Translations under genes and position numbers: made by a program
The notes under the pieces: generated by a model
Told to the model about the DNA's origin: nothing
The model's input: only the letters and a program-made list of their open reading frames with translations
Databases searched by the model: none
Origin: Zygnema circumcarinatum SAG 698-1b
Taxonomy: Eukaryota > Plantae > Zygnematophyceae
DNA: 64,000 nt
Direction of reading: 5' to 3'
Assembly (NCBI GenBank): GCA_037447605.1
Contig: CM074809.1
Coordinates: forward strand, 548,689-612,688
In this document: in pieces, positions 24,157 through 39,800 of the stretch
Position numbering within the stretch: the stretch's first letter is position 1
How the letters are laid out: each line of letters opens with the position of its first letter

Positions 24157-25840
24157 GGCTGCCTGCTCGCTCACTTCCTGCAAGCCCTCTCCTTCTATGC
24201 TAAAGCTTGACCTTGCAACAAGGCTTGTCTGTATCGTATTGCCAAATACGATATATTCCAATATACTATATCGTATTGTCAAACGATATACTGGAGACGT
24301 ATCGGTAAACAAACCCTAACTGCGGCTGCATGCGCCCATCCGCACGCTCAAGCCGCCCTCGCGCGCCACGTGGCGCCGCCCTGTCCCCTCGGCCCCCCCG
24401 CCTCCCCAGGGTTCAGCGGCGGCCCTTAACCCTAAACCCCCGGGCGGGGGGGGGGAGGGAGGGGAGGCCTCTGCTTTCCCCGCCGCCACGCGCGGTGCCG
24501 CGTGGCATGTGCGCGCTCGGCCCCACAGCGTGCGGGAGGAGACGGAGAGGGAGAGGAAGAGGGAGGGCCCTTCGCCTGCTGCCTGCCGCCGCGCCGCTGG
24601 CCGAGGGGAGGCCCTACGGAGTGCTGGCCATGGCGCCGCATTCGCTGCCCTACGTGCAGCTGCCGGGGAGCTGCTTCCCGGCGGGGGGGGGAGGGGGAGT
24701 GGGAGGGGGGGGGNNNNNNNNNNGGAAGGGAAGGGGGGAGGAGGGGAGTGGGGGTGGGGGGGAGGTGGGGGAGCGGGTGCTTGTGGGGGACCACGTGGCG
24801 AGATGAGAGCCGGAGTTCGTCAAGTTGGGTGACGGAGGAGTGGGGGAGAGGGTCGATGATGCAGCAGAGGCGGCGGACGGGGAGGGGGAGCAGTGTGGTA
24901 AGTAGGAGGGGAGGGAGACGGGGAGGGAGTGAGGAGGGAGGGGGGAGGGGACGGGGCTAGGGAGAGAGGAGGAGGGAGAAGGGGTGAGGAAATAGTGGAA
25001 GGGGAGAGAAGTGTGAGAGTGGGAGGAGGAGGAGGTGGAAGAGGGGAAGGGGTGATGGTGGGGAATTCCTCATTAGCATTGTTGAATTGACCGAGTTAAC
25101 GATGTGAAACAAGTTGCTGCTTTTTGGTAGCTATTGAGGCATTTTTTTCTTTGTGCATGAACGTTAAAAGTCTAGTCGATGCTTAGGGAATAATGGACCG
25201 CCAGTGCGTGAATATATTTACGAATGCTTTTTTTTTTCTTGTTTATGTGGATTTTGGCAGGAACATGCATTCCAAACGAGTTCGCATCGTCATCAGAGGT
25301 TGAGAGACGGCCGAGTTCGTGCAGCCATGCAGAGTGGAAGCGATCCAGCAGTAAGCTGGAGGAGAGAGGGAGATGGAAGGGGAGGGGCGAGGGAGGTACG
25401 GATGGAATATGAGGGGGCTGTGCAAGGGGGTGAAACAAAGCGGGAGAGAATGAGAGGCTTTGGAGGACAGCGGGAGGGTGTGGATTATTCGCTGGAGACT
25501 AAGCTGTTAGAAGAGATTGAGAGTGAGAGGAAAGGGGACAAGGGAACAGAGACAAAGAGGAAGGAGAAGACGGAGCGTGCGGGCAATTCGAAGTCAGAAA
25601 TCGCAAGAAGAAAGAAGCAAGGTTAGTTTAATTATGGAAGCTTAGACCAGACTTTGCCATTTTGGGGAGGCGAGAGTAATTAGCGTTGAAAACGTTTGTG
25701 TTTAAGACAAGGAGTTGGTGGTGTTCCGGGCGAATCGGTAGAACTTTTCCGTAGATACATGTGTATATCTATTTGAATAGAACTTGTTTTGAATATTCAT
25801 GTGTATCTCTATTGAATGTTGAATAGAATTCTCACTGCAG

Positions 25841-27906
25841 TCGCGAGTTTGGGGCGGAAGGGATTCAGAGGATGTGAGTCCTCCGGGAGTGCAGGTTTGG
25901 GTGGGGAATCTTCCTCGAAAAAGAAATGTTGCGAGGGACCTCCGAGCAGCCATAGATGGAGTTGGGGGGCTTTTACATATTCGCGCAGTGGAGAAGGGTT
26001 CAGAAAAGACCAGGGAACCAACCTGCGTTGGATTCGCCTTTCTTACATTCTCGGATGACGGAAGCGCTAACAGGTAAAATGCTTGAAATGGATAAATGGT
26101 GTGTAAATCTTGCTTATCTATCTCCACAAAACTTCACGTAGTCTGCTTTCGAGACGTTTCGATAGTGATTGAGTAGTGGTAGTTATGTCCACGTAAGAAT
26201 CATGAGAACACACTTGAAATGGAGTGGATTCGTGTCGTTGTTCTTAATCCAATGCGCGTGTTGTTTGAACAGATCATCAGGAAGAGAGAATGAGAGAGGG
26301 CCTGAGGGTTTCGTCTTCCAAAAAACTTCTGCCATATTGACAAGCTGTTGGCCCCTGAAATTGCTGCAGATTCATTTCGGCGTTTAACGGATACAAGGTT
26401 CAATTTGGCAAAGTCGAAAAGCCCCTCATTTGCCAGCTCGCAGAATCATTAGGGGGGGGGGGGGCTCCGCCAGCTGGCGGAGGTCGTCCCTCTGTTCTCG
26501 ATGGATTTCGAGAGGCAGAAGAAGGGAAGTATGTTGCTGGAAGTTCAAGAGCAAGAAAGGTTCAAAGAGGGGAGATAAAGTCAGCTGAAGCCTATAACAT
26601 GCCTATGTCAGTTCCAGGGGGACGCACTGTTTCGAGGCTTTCAGTGAGGGAAAAAACAAAGGAGCTTCCTATCGCCCCTGTTTTGGAAGCTCCAAGTGAT
26701 ATACGGCTATCTGGTAGAGTAGTAGAAGAAGTTCAGGAGGGAGTGTATGCAGGGAGAGATGAGGTAGGGTTAGGGAAAGCTCTGGAGACTGTAAAGAAAG
26801 CAGTGAGAGAGGCGGAAGAAGACATACGGAAGGAGATTGCTTCAAAGAGGCGGCAGCAAGAGGGTTTTGGAAGCAATGGGCAAACGGCAGTATGGAACAA
26901 TGTAGAGTTTGAGGATGATGATGCGGTTGACGCGGAGCTCACTCGACAGAAACGCAGTGGGAGGAGATTTGCAAACTTGGAGGTAGTAGAGGAGGAGGAT
27001 GATGGGGCAGAAGGGGATATTGAGGAAGGTCTGGAAGAGGACGATGCAGAAGACGATGGATGGCTGGGGTCTGAAGTGGGATCAAGTTCTGCCACACCTG
27101 CGGATTTCAATGCTTTTGAGCCAATGGAGGAAAATGAGAAGAGAGAGAGGGAGGGATTGGTGAAGGGAAAGGAGGTGTTTGGTAGTGGGAAGAAGGGGAA
27201 GGGAAGTCGGAATAAGCAGTTAGGAGAGGAAGGTGAGGAAAGAAGAATCAAGTCAGGAAATGCCAATGGAAGAGCTAAGAAAGAAAGGCCGAAGAGAGCA
27301 CCTATTGACGATGAGGAGTCATCATCAGAGCAAGTGACAATTCTAGTGAACAGAAAAGTAACGGGAGAGGAAGTCAGGGTGAGGCGCAAAGAATCTTTGG
27401 AGGATGAAGGGGATTCAAGAAGTGAAGGAGACGACGGAGAAGGTGCTGTAGGCTCACGTGCAGGGAATCGTGAGAATTCGCTGCGAGGTAGGGAAGTAGA
27501 AGTCAGTGGAGTGAATAGGTCAGGGGAAATTGAGATTCAAGCAGGAGAGGAAGAGGATGAGAAAGAAGGGAGACAGTCTGTACAACAAGGAGAGGAAGAA
27601 GGAGATGAAATAAGCAGGCGAATAGCTGCGTTGGAGTTGCGTTTGGCTGCCGCGTTGAAGACCAAACGTTTTGTGGATGATGATGAGGATGACGACGAGT
27701 CGGATGATGATGAAGATGAAAGTGCTCCTAATGAGAAGGCTTTGGCTAGGAAGTCAAGGAGGAAGGCGGCTGTGAAGGTGCCCCGAAGCAAGGCAAATGA
27801 GGCGAAAGAAGGGAAGAAAGACAGCGTTGGGACTTCCAAGGAGGGGAGTTCCAAAGCCACTTCAAAACCTCGGTATTACCACTTTACGATAACTAACTCT
27901 GAATGA
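25841..27906 (+). CDS. Single-RRM protein with a long acidic low-complexity C-terminus (resembles plant plastid RBD1-type proteins); 5' exons unresolved
   Basis: VQVWVGNLPRKRNVARDL...KTREPTCVGFAFLTF splices via a GT-AG intron (donor near 26073, acceptor at 26369) to RFISAFNGYKVQFGKVEKPLICQL. That exon is in frame with the 26599-27906 ORF. Confidence 0.7.
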
Positions 27907-28860
27907 GATCAAGTCAATGAAGGATGGCGTCTTAATAGAACTGTCACGTAAAAATTGGGTCTTCCTCTTTCAGTTTTTAATCATGATAAACTGTTAAGAG
28001 ATCGTTTCAGCTGTATCAGGGCGAGAGACTGACTGTGGAAATTCCCGTTGTTTGTCTCCTCAGGAAGCAGAAGTCCAATCAGCAACTCCTCGGCCAGGTT
28101 CTGGCAAAATATGGAAACCGAAGTGAGGACTGAATTCCATGAGGCGCAAAGCAGGCCTTTCTTTTCAGTCTTTGATGGAGTCAAGGCCTTCGTCCTCATG
28201 CCTCGAGGCTCCATGTGCCATGTTTCCGCTCCATCCGTACAATTTTTGCAAGCGGCAACCTTTGTTTTACATGTTGTTTCGATTGGAGGAACGGCTGCGT
28301 GTTGTACAATGAATAAGCAGCACGCGGACGGGAGGCTCGAAAGTTTGCCATTTCACGCAGCCTTTTCATGTAAATTCTTGCTCTTTGTGCTCGCTAAAGT
28401 GTAGGCAATGCTGTATTTGTACGCAAACATTCCTCCATGCCTGGATGCCCTTTGGCTAGGAGGGGGATGCATTTAACTCAGAGGAGGTTGCCTTTAGCTC
28501 AGCGGGTGCTTTCAGGTGTTTCAGAGACAACCACCAAGCAGCTCTTCTTATCTGCCTTAAAACCCAACATACTAAGAAGCATGAAATGCCTTCGTATTCA
28601 AATTTACATCCATCAGTGCTGCTGCTCCCGACTCCATGTCTGTTACTGTCAAAGCTGATGTTCTCATGCTGCCAACCTCAATAATAGCTGAACACTTAAC
28701 AGAATTCTACTGAAAGGATGAAGTCATTTTTTTAAAAGAGAGCCTCCTTAGTACATCCCTTCTTCACTGCCACACTGAAGACTATTGCTTGTTTGCTTCG
28801 CAAACTGTACCAGCTGCTCCCTCCCTCCTCCCTCGCTCCCTCCCTCACTCATTCCCTTAG

Positions 28861-31084
<2,224 letters not shown>

Positions 31085-32144
31085 GGCTGCGACTCCACCC
31101 ACGCACTCGCCCCTGCCTGAGAGAGAGACAGCTGCGCAGCAGAAAAATCTCACAGTAGAAGACCCGACAGCTCCAAAAAAATATGGGTGATGGGCACAGA
31201 GAAAGCAGAGAGAGAGAGGGAGAAAGAGAAAATGAGAGAGCGCCACTCCCTGTGATCTCCGTACGTTCGATACACTCATGTACGGACTACATGCCCTTCC
31301 AGTTTGACGGATTTCTTTAAGTATTTAGATGCACAGCAAACTGCGCAGAGATAACTAATGCTTCCATGTGAGTCGTTGAACTTCTCACATGGAAATGTGT
31401 TGAGTTGATGAGTCACGTGACACGTGTCAATCTGTGCCGAGTCAGCAGAGATGCTGCCAGCAGGGAGAGGGAGAAAGGGAGAGCGAGAGGAAGAGGATGC
31501 TCTCTCTCCCTTTCTTCCTCAATAGGGCGAGGTTTGCAACTCTCATTTTTCCCAATTGTTTCCGCAGCGATTGCAGTGCTGCTGCGCCCGCGTCCTCCTC
31601 CAGTGGGCTCAGCTTTGTTTTGGAGCCAATTCTTGGCGGGCACTCGGACGAGAGGAGAAGAAAGAGCGTGTTTTTTTCGTTGAGCGTGAAACCCTCTGCA
31701 ATCACAATTCTCTGTCAGTAGGACGGCTCTGGAGCCAATCAGCTGAAGGTGGGAAGCAAGTGACCGCCCCGTTCCCTCTCTCTCCTCTCTCACTCTCTCT
31801 CCCTCTCTCGCCCTCTCTCTCTTTCTCACTCTCTCCCACAGACTTTCTTTCAGAAGCATTCGTTTCTCCTCTCGTTTTCATTCTATTTTGTGCTGTCACT
31901 TTCTCTCCATACGAAGAAATTGATACTGCTCGTAAAGAAGTTACAAGAAGAAATAGCGTTCGCAATTCTGTATTCCATCAATTTTAAGTTCGTTTATTTT
32001 TCTCAGCACTTACAGCTTGCTTAAAATTTATAAAAACTCAAAAAATTAGCTTCTATAAGCAGGCTTGTCCAGAATTCATCCATCCATCTACTATCCATAT
32101 TTCTCCCTTTCTCCCCGAAGAGAATTGACCTCCCGCTCCTCTAA

Positions 32145-32176
<32 letters not shown>

Positions 32177-32315
32177 CTCCTCGCCCTCCCCCCCTCCTCT
32201 TCTCTTTCTCTCTCCTCGCCCCCTCTCCTTTCCTTGTCCGTGCTGAAGTTTACTCAGCTGCTTATCTGTTCTACTGCTTTTCCAGGGCGGCGGAGGCCCT
32301 TCCGTCTCCTCCTCG

Positions 32316-33220
32316 ATGTCGGCGATGGCTCAGACTTTGATGACCACAACTTTGGGAGCGCTTGTTGCGAGCAAGCGTGACCTCATTTCTATTCCCGATA
32401 CTTCCACAGTCAGAGAAGCGCTGAAGGTATGAGGTTGAACTCAACAAAAGTTTTGATTTCTGAATGGTTTGTGAGGTTTTTGCACTCTGACAAAAGCATT
32501 GACATTGACTGGGAGTAAAGAAAGGAAAGAGTGAAAGTAAGAAAAAAAGAGAGAAGAACGTTTGGAGAGAAAAGAAATAAAATGAAAGCAGATTTTACTC
32601 ATTTTCTTCTTTAAAATATCTCATGTGCGCACCAGACTCTTTAAGCTAGTATTCTAAAGTACGAAAATTGTACAAACGACATCCCCCCACGACTCTCTTT
32701 ACCTGCGAGGCAATTCGACTAAATCAGATGCAAATCGAAGATCTCTATACGCTAGCAATTTTTTGCGAATCTCGTTGTAAGGAGACTGGGCACCATATGT
32801 TGCTTTCTATATATGGAAGACCTATTCGAGAATGAAGGCTAATTTTTTTCTGACACCTCCTCCTCTGGGAGAATGGCTTCTTCTTCAGGTGATGCAGGAC
32901 AACAATATTTTGGCAGTACCTGTGTCAGCTCCTGTGGGCAAGTGGTTGGGGGCGGGGGGCTCTACTGTGGTGGAAGGAAACCGACAATACATTGTGAGTT
33001 TTAGGACTTTTTGTTTCACCTGACAGGAAATTTTGTTTGTGTTTTGGCAATGTTGTGGTGTACACTGACGTGTTTTATGGTGGAAGATGAGAAGTTTCCA
33101 TCTCCTTCTGCCCTATCTGAGCTGGTGCTCCTTGTCTTGCTGCAATTGATATCCTCTGATGCATGATTGATGTGAATACGTCGCATGATCTGTCATCTGA
33201 TGTGTGGTGGTATGCGTATG

Positions 33221-33288
<68 letters not shown>

Positions 33289-34484
33289 TTGATGATGATG
33301 TTGATGATGTGCTGTAATGTGATGGAGGATGCCTTGTGCTGCAGGGCTTTCTCAGCGCCTTGGACCTTGTGCTGCATCTGGGAGAAGGAAATGGTGTTTT
33401 GGAGCATTCGCTATCACTACCAGTAACGCATCTTATTGGGCACTCAAATGAAGGAATGTCTCTTTGGGTTATGGGCTCTGAAACATTGTAAGTTGTGTTC
33501 GTCCCATTCGCTCATTCGACGATCGTCTCCTTCTTCTTAGGCGTATGCATTCATGCTCACATTGACATTGACTATGTGCAAGTGAAAACTGGAGGAGTTC
33601 ACTCCTATCTCATTTGTGCGAAACGTTTCACCTTCAATATATGCACCAATTGTAGTTCAGATTCTGAAGGTTTACACGTTGTGTTACAGGTTGTTCGATG
33701 CAATGGAGCCCATGAGCAAAGGAGTGCACCGGATATTAGTGTCCACAACTCCCCCGGGCTCATCTCTCTCTAAGCTGCGACTCCTCTCACAGACTGATGT
33801 TGCCCGATTTCTGCTCCAATGCATCGATGACTTGGGCCCAGGAACAGGTCGGCCTTTACAGGAATTGGGTCTGGCCAGTACCATGCTGCCACCTGTCAGC
33901 GTCACGCCCTCCACCCCCATTCTGCAGGCTTGTCGGGTAATACGACAAATGGGAAAAGCCAATGCTGTGGCTGTTGTGTTGCCAAAGGAGGGGGAGGAGG
34001 AGGAGGAGGAGGGAGGAGCAGGCGGGAGAGTGGGAGGGAAACTCGTTGGGACTTTGTCTGCGAGTGATTTTCGAGGGGTCAACGAGTCGATGTTGGGGAG
34101 GTTGCCTCGGATGCAGGTGAGGCGAGGCCGCCCCTGAGGGAGGTAGGGAGGTAGGGAGGGAGGGAGGGAGGGAGGGAGGGGATCGTAGGAGAAGGAAGCA
34201 GAAGTTTGGCTTTGTGGGTTCTTTTTTTCTCAATTGGGTTCTTGTGCTTTGTTTCTGATCAGGTGATGGATTTCTTGAGAGAAGTTTCCGGTGTAGACGT
34301 GGTACGGCCTCCCGTGACTTGTCGGCCATCCGCTCCTCTAGCAGAGGTTCTGGCCAACGCCATCACAACAAAGGTCCACCGCGTGTGGATCACAGATCAA
34401 GGTGGATCCGCGATTGGTGTTGTCACGCTCACTGACATCATAAGTGCGGCGCGTGCGCTCATCTCGCAATCCGCAACTTCTTGA
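32316..34484 (+). CDS. CBS-domain protein (SnRK1 gamma-like / PV42-type), 5 exons
   Basis: Exons: ...LISIPDTSTVREALK | VMQDNNILAVPV...NRQYI | GFLSALDLVLHL...LIGHSNEGMSLW | ...MEPMSKGVHRILV...KLVGTLSASDFRG | ...KVHRVWITDQGGSAIGVVTLTDII. Confidence 0.87.
33221..33309. repeat. (GAT)n microsatellite in an intron
   Basis: About 29 units; produces the poly-M and poly-I ORFs. Confidence 0.97.
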
Positions 34485-35828
34485 ACCCAATTCAAAAAGA
34501 CGGCCTTTACGGTCTCCACTTGCAACTCTAAATTTTGCCTCGCAGGGAGAAACTACGGCGAGTGTGAGTGAGTCAAAGCGAAAAATATCAACTTAGGCAT
34601 GAATTTGTACAGCGGCTTGAGAGTAGGACAGATGTTGGTTGATATCTGTACGGTCCTTTACAAGAAGCAATCTCCTCTAAGGCTCGCTTTGTCCTTGGCG
34701 GATCTCATGATGCTTCATAAAAGGATTTCTGTAATTTCTATATGAGTTTAAGCTAACCATGTGAGCCATGCATGACGCTCGCAAGCTGTTACCATGTTGA
34801 GAATTCCATCCACAAATCGAGCGTTACGATGCCCGCAAACCCACACAGCGGAAAGTTGGACCCACCGAATTCAGCCCGTTTGCGGCATTCAAGGCTTGGC
34901 CAGCGTGGCATTCGTAGCCCACGTGGTTGCCACGTGGTTGCCACGTGGTATCGCGCAATTGGCACACGTGTTTTCTAGTCAACGTTTTGCAAGAGGGGGT
35001 TGTTCGGGAGAGATTTGAAACCTCTCTCGTTACGCCACGTCGTCTTGGCAATGGGCTTTATCTCATGGTCCACTTGCAAACAACCCGTGTCCTTCAAGCA
35101 CCTCAACCCTTCAAGCTACGTGAAAATAACACCCCACTACAAGCCCAACACTTCCCACTATCTTTTAGGCCCAAAGAAAGGTAGCCACTTTGCAATGCGA
35201 GTCACGATAAGGTTAATGACCTACCAAAACTATTCCCCTTTTATAATATGAGTATGTGATGTCACATTCTCATGTTGACAGGCCATACCAAGGCATATGA
35301 GGAAAATGGCATTGAACTCACATTGCCGAGGCCATCAAATGTACATGGACAAAAGCAGCATGGGGAACCACGAGGGACTGGTCGCCAAGGCAGCCCCTTG
35401 CAGGTGCATGCATTCAACCGCCAGCCATGCAATGCCCCGTAAACCTACGCTTCTGCACCGACCTATTTCTTAGCAGTCGTACAGTTCCGCCGCCCGGCCG
35501 TCGCCATGCAAGGCCTGACCTGGTCCCCGTCGCAGTGCACCTCGTCCAGCCGCCAAGTGGACCAACTAAAGGTCCGCGTGGCGTCTCCTCATTCGCGAAC
35601 GTACCTCACGTTTTTCGCGCGCTCCGCGCCTTGCACTCTCGCCGCGACCAATCACAGCACATCGACCAAAGTCCGTATCGCGCCAAATTCTTCGCGACTT
35701 CCGTATCATGAGCCGTAAAGTCAGTACAGTACTGCTTTCGTGCGAGTGTTCGTACAGCGCGTCCGCGCCTTCCCCCTCGACCAATACTGTACGGTCTCTA
35801 ACATGTACGCTCATACATTGGGACCACT

Positions 35829-35987
35829 AGGGGGTGTCAGACTTAAAAAATTTCAGTACGCGTGTTCGTAAGTTTGACATCAGAACGAGTACTCCAGTAT
35901 AATCGCGATCCTCCTGCGGCGGAGTACTTTCGTAACCTTTTTTTTCGTAACGCTTTTCGTAAGATTTTGTTAAGTCTGACACCCCCT
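35829..35987. mobile_element. MITE-like element, ~160 bp
   Basis: Perfect 18-bp TIR AGGGGGTGTCAGACTTAA / TTAAGTCTGACACCCCCT flanked by ACT on both sides (or TA if the termini are GGGGG/CCCCC). Confidence 0.8.
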
Positions 35988-36221
35988 ACTATGAGCACCC
36001 CTGAACTTAGTACCAACAACTTAAGGCGCCGGGGCGTAGTTCTCCGCTCTTAGCTGCGTTCTTTTTTGCTTAGGTCCTCCGCGACAAGTTTGTTCCTCGT
36101 GGTTCGCCATGATGACCTAGTCCATGTACATGTGATGGCCTCGCCATCGTGAGATCAATGCCATTTTCCCCACTTAGTGTATTACAAATTCCTAACTCCT
36201 ATACACTAACACCAATAACAG

Positions 36222-36612
36222 ACCAAACACGTCGATATTCAATTCCATTTTACCTGGGAGAAAGTTGAAGACGGCACCCTTACTTCCCTCTACTGCCCTA
36301 CCTTGCAAACAGCCGATATCCTTACCAAGGCTTGGCATCGGCCAGCCTTTGAACTTCATCGCTCCTTTGCAAAACTCCAACTTTTTGAATGAGAGGGAGT
36401 GGTGCAAATGTAGCATTCTTATGTTGCCGTATATGTATTTGTATTTTGTTTTAATTAAACCTTGTCTTTTGCGGCCATGTGAATAACACCTCGTCGCCCT
36501 TTCCTCAGGCTAGATATATGCTGCCACTTACTTTGTCCCCTACCTCTAACTGCATTGTATATAAGCAAGCTTAGAACATTGTATAAGCACCTCATTGAAT
36601 AAACACTTTCAT
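36222..36612 (+). mobile_element. Ty1/copia 3' remnant: RNase H C-terminus, polypurine tract and start of the 3' LTR
   Basis: Frame 36222-36392 reads TKHVDIQFHFTWEKVEDG...ADILTKA...*, then GAGAGGGAG and TG at 36400. The LTR end is uncertain. Confidence 0.78.
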
Positions 36613-36854
36613 TTTGTTTGCGTTGTTGATTTTGGAATTATTGAAATGGAAGGAGTGGACATTGTGTGCACACAATGAAAATGGAGAACAAATGACAAGA
36701 AAGCATTGATCAGGGGCTTCATGACCCACCGCACTGCAAATTCAGATCTTTGAGTTGCCTGCGCAGACCAAATCCACATCTTGAGAATGAAGCGTGCCAT
36801 AGAATCCGCGCCATGTGCAGCCATAGATAGGATTGGTCAAAAGCGCAGTAGTCT

Positions 36855-39800
36855 TTAACCGACGCAGTTTGGCACCCTCGAATTGTTATAAAAGCACCCC
36901 GCCGGCCGCTTCACGCAGAGGACGAAGCCGACGGGCCACTGCACCGACCCAACGCACAGGCTCGTGGAGGGGCCCATGCACTGCTGCCACGTGGCCTGCG
37001 ATCTCGCCCCACAAAATCGCTGAATCACACTTCGACACGTGTCTGCCTTCTGCCACGTGTAATACGGTCGGCATGCGCCCGAAGGCACCACCTGATAGCC
37101 GGTGCAGATCTGCCCTCACAGCAACACACAAAAGAGCCCGTGATTTCCTTCACCGTCTTGTACCCTGTCAGTGACGGACCTACGTATTCAAGTTGGGGGG
37201 GCTTATCCCCCCCTCAGATTTTTGAATATTCAACTTTTTTTATTTTATCTGAAGTATTTTATGATGAAAGAAGGCTTAGCCGCCCCTCAACAAAAATCCT
37301 GGAATCAATAGGGTAACCGTGCTGCTGTATGATGTCAGGGAAGAAAGACGAGAGCCAGGTTGAGCCATGGTGGGTGCTAGTGAATCCCATGCATGCATGT
37401 ACACACATGGAGCTTGATGCGTGTACGCATGCATGCATGCATGGGATGAGCGTGCCGTACCCTTTGCCCCGCGTAGAGGTTCCCGCAGTTGATGCCGCGA
37501 TTGATCTCGAGGAAGTCGAAGCGCGACAAAGAGCGGGTCCTCCCGAGGATGGCGGCGCAGCTCTTGCTGCCGCGGTCGCTCTCGAGGACCGTGACGGCGC
37601 TCGTGCACACCTTCGTGTTGTCGGGGGACCCCGCCACCAGGCACACCTGCAGGGGGGGGACTCGCCCTCGCTCGTTCAGGGGAGGGGAGGGGAGGGGAGG
37701 GGAGGGGAGGGGAGGGGAGGGGAGGGGGACACAGGGCGGGTGGTATTAGCGCTTTTGGTGGTGTTCATAGCGTCCTACTGCACCTGCTGGCCAGGCTGAA
37801 TGCCGATGGGAGTGCCATCAGGCGCTCTGGTGACGTCACATACGAGTCCTGGATTCAGCTTGACGAGGGAGCCTACAGCGAGGCCGAAAGCGGTTTCAAT
37901 CGCCCAGCACGAGTCGTCCTGCATTCACACATTTGACCTCTGTCACTTAGAGTAGGTCAAGAACATCGTGAACAAAACGAACAAGATAAAGAAGCGAATT
38001 GCTTTCTTTGTCACAATGGAGGTGGGGTCTCCGAATGTTGACTGCGTCTGGTTGGTTTGGCTTGGCCATACAGATTGCAATTCGTACATCCTATTTTAAA
38101 AAGAGAAGCAGTTTCAGCATTTTCGGCATGAAGCGGACCTGCTGAATGCTGTAGAGAACCTTGCAGGTTTTTGCTGCTGTATTTCGAATGTTTAGGACAT
38201 CACCAATCCACAACGGATTACAAAGATCCTGCACATTGACATGAGAGAGAACACGAGAAGATAATAAATGAATAACAAATATAAAATGAATGAAGATGAA
38301 TAGTAGGTTGTGGCTCTGTCGAAGAACATCGATTGAAGAGAGTGAGCATGTGCAAAATCATCCTAATGAATTTTCCTTTCACGGCAGCAGCCACACGTAC
38401 CCGATTGGCCCTCGTGTTTTGACTTTTCAGTTGCATTATTGTTAATCCAGAAGCGTAAGCGATAATATAGCAATAATCTCCCGCTTTGACAGTGTACTTC
38501 TGCGGCGATGGCGAGTTCGCTTGCACCGCTGCACAGAAGCATTCAATATTTCAATATAGCACGCTACGAAGACCACGCAAGCTGAAAAGAGGCGGCAAGA
38601 AGAGAGGAAAGAGGTGTTCCCAAATTCAATATTTCCAGATAGAACCGAGAACTACATTGTCGTTGATGTGCGATGGGTCCAAAGTCCAAACAACGCGAAC
38701 ACACACACACACACATTGGAGCTGTGTGCAGTGCAAGTACTTACGCGGAACACAGAGCGGCCTGCCGTCACTGTTGACCGCACTGACATATCCTACAAAG
38801 CAGACGCAATGGTAGTAGCCGTTGTTCTCATTCACGCAGTTGCCCGCCCCGCACGGGTTCAAGCTTGTGGCGCTACACACGTCCACTGCCACAAGCGCGA
38901 TAGCGCAACAACGGACATTCGATAAAGGCACATGGAAGTTGGATCGGACGGCTTGTCTTAAAAAGGGTTGAGCCTAGTGGGCACTGAAGGTTAGAAGAAA
39001 GTTATACACAATGCAAAATCCGTATTGACTATCGGAACAATAACAAAAGCAAAGCGATTGTTTCTATGATATGCAAGTACTTACCGAGGGCGCAAGTCTG
39101 CGTGTTGTCGGTATTCTGAGCAGCGACATACTTGCTTGGGCATTGGCACGTGTAGGAACTCCCAGAGTTTATGCAGGTGCCCCTCCCACAAGGGTTGATT
39201 CTCACATTGCAGGGGTTGCCGTCAGGCGCTGCACATGCAGGGAGAGGGGCCTTGAGATAACCAAAGCGACTATCGGGACAAGGTTGTATGAGTTTCGTCA
39301 GCAAGCATGATCATGAGCTTTCAAGGCCGGGAGGAGCATATCATTTGCGAATTCAACTTTTTGTCATGAAAACTCCGTTTGTAACATCTGGTTGTCGTTG
39401 TCCGAAAAATAGTAACTTGGAATGTCCTATGGTTGCGTTGCTACGCAGCATCCAAACAGAGAGGCCGTACCACCAGCAAGGCTTCAATCCTCAATACCAA
39501 AAACAACTACAATAAGAATATTTGGAAGACCTTGTTTGAGGAACGTGCGCGAGCAAGTACTACTCACGGGCGATGACTGGGTAGAGGGCCGGCAGGGCGG
39601 TGACCCCGCAGATTCCCTGCTTGATGCGCGCGTACCCGCTGCGGCCCCACGCGGGGCCGAACGAGTTCCGTACGATCCAATACGCGACGCCGCTCTCGCT
39701 GCCGTACCCGACGAGGGCGAGGGCGTGGCTCAGCTGCGAGTCGTCCTCGCAGGCTCCCTCTGAATCGGTGAATATGTCCCACTTCACAGCGTTCACACAC

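Noticed and set aside
33163-33426. Poly-Met / poly-Ile ORFs
   Set aside because: (GAT)n microsatellite in an intron.
34795-35280. Possible solo LTR (TGTTGA...TTGACA)
   Set aside because: The flanks do not form a matching TSD.
35299-36171. Mutator-like element with ~90-bp TIRs
   Set aside because: No TSD; the arms are better explained as two oppositely oriented copies of the dispersed repeat.
36600-36855. TM/kinase continuation making the LysM-protease a receptor
   Set aside because: All three copies stop at the same codon with a conserved 3' flank, and no kinase exons are seen downstream.
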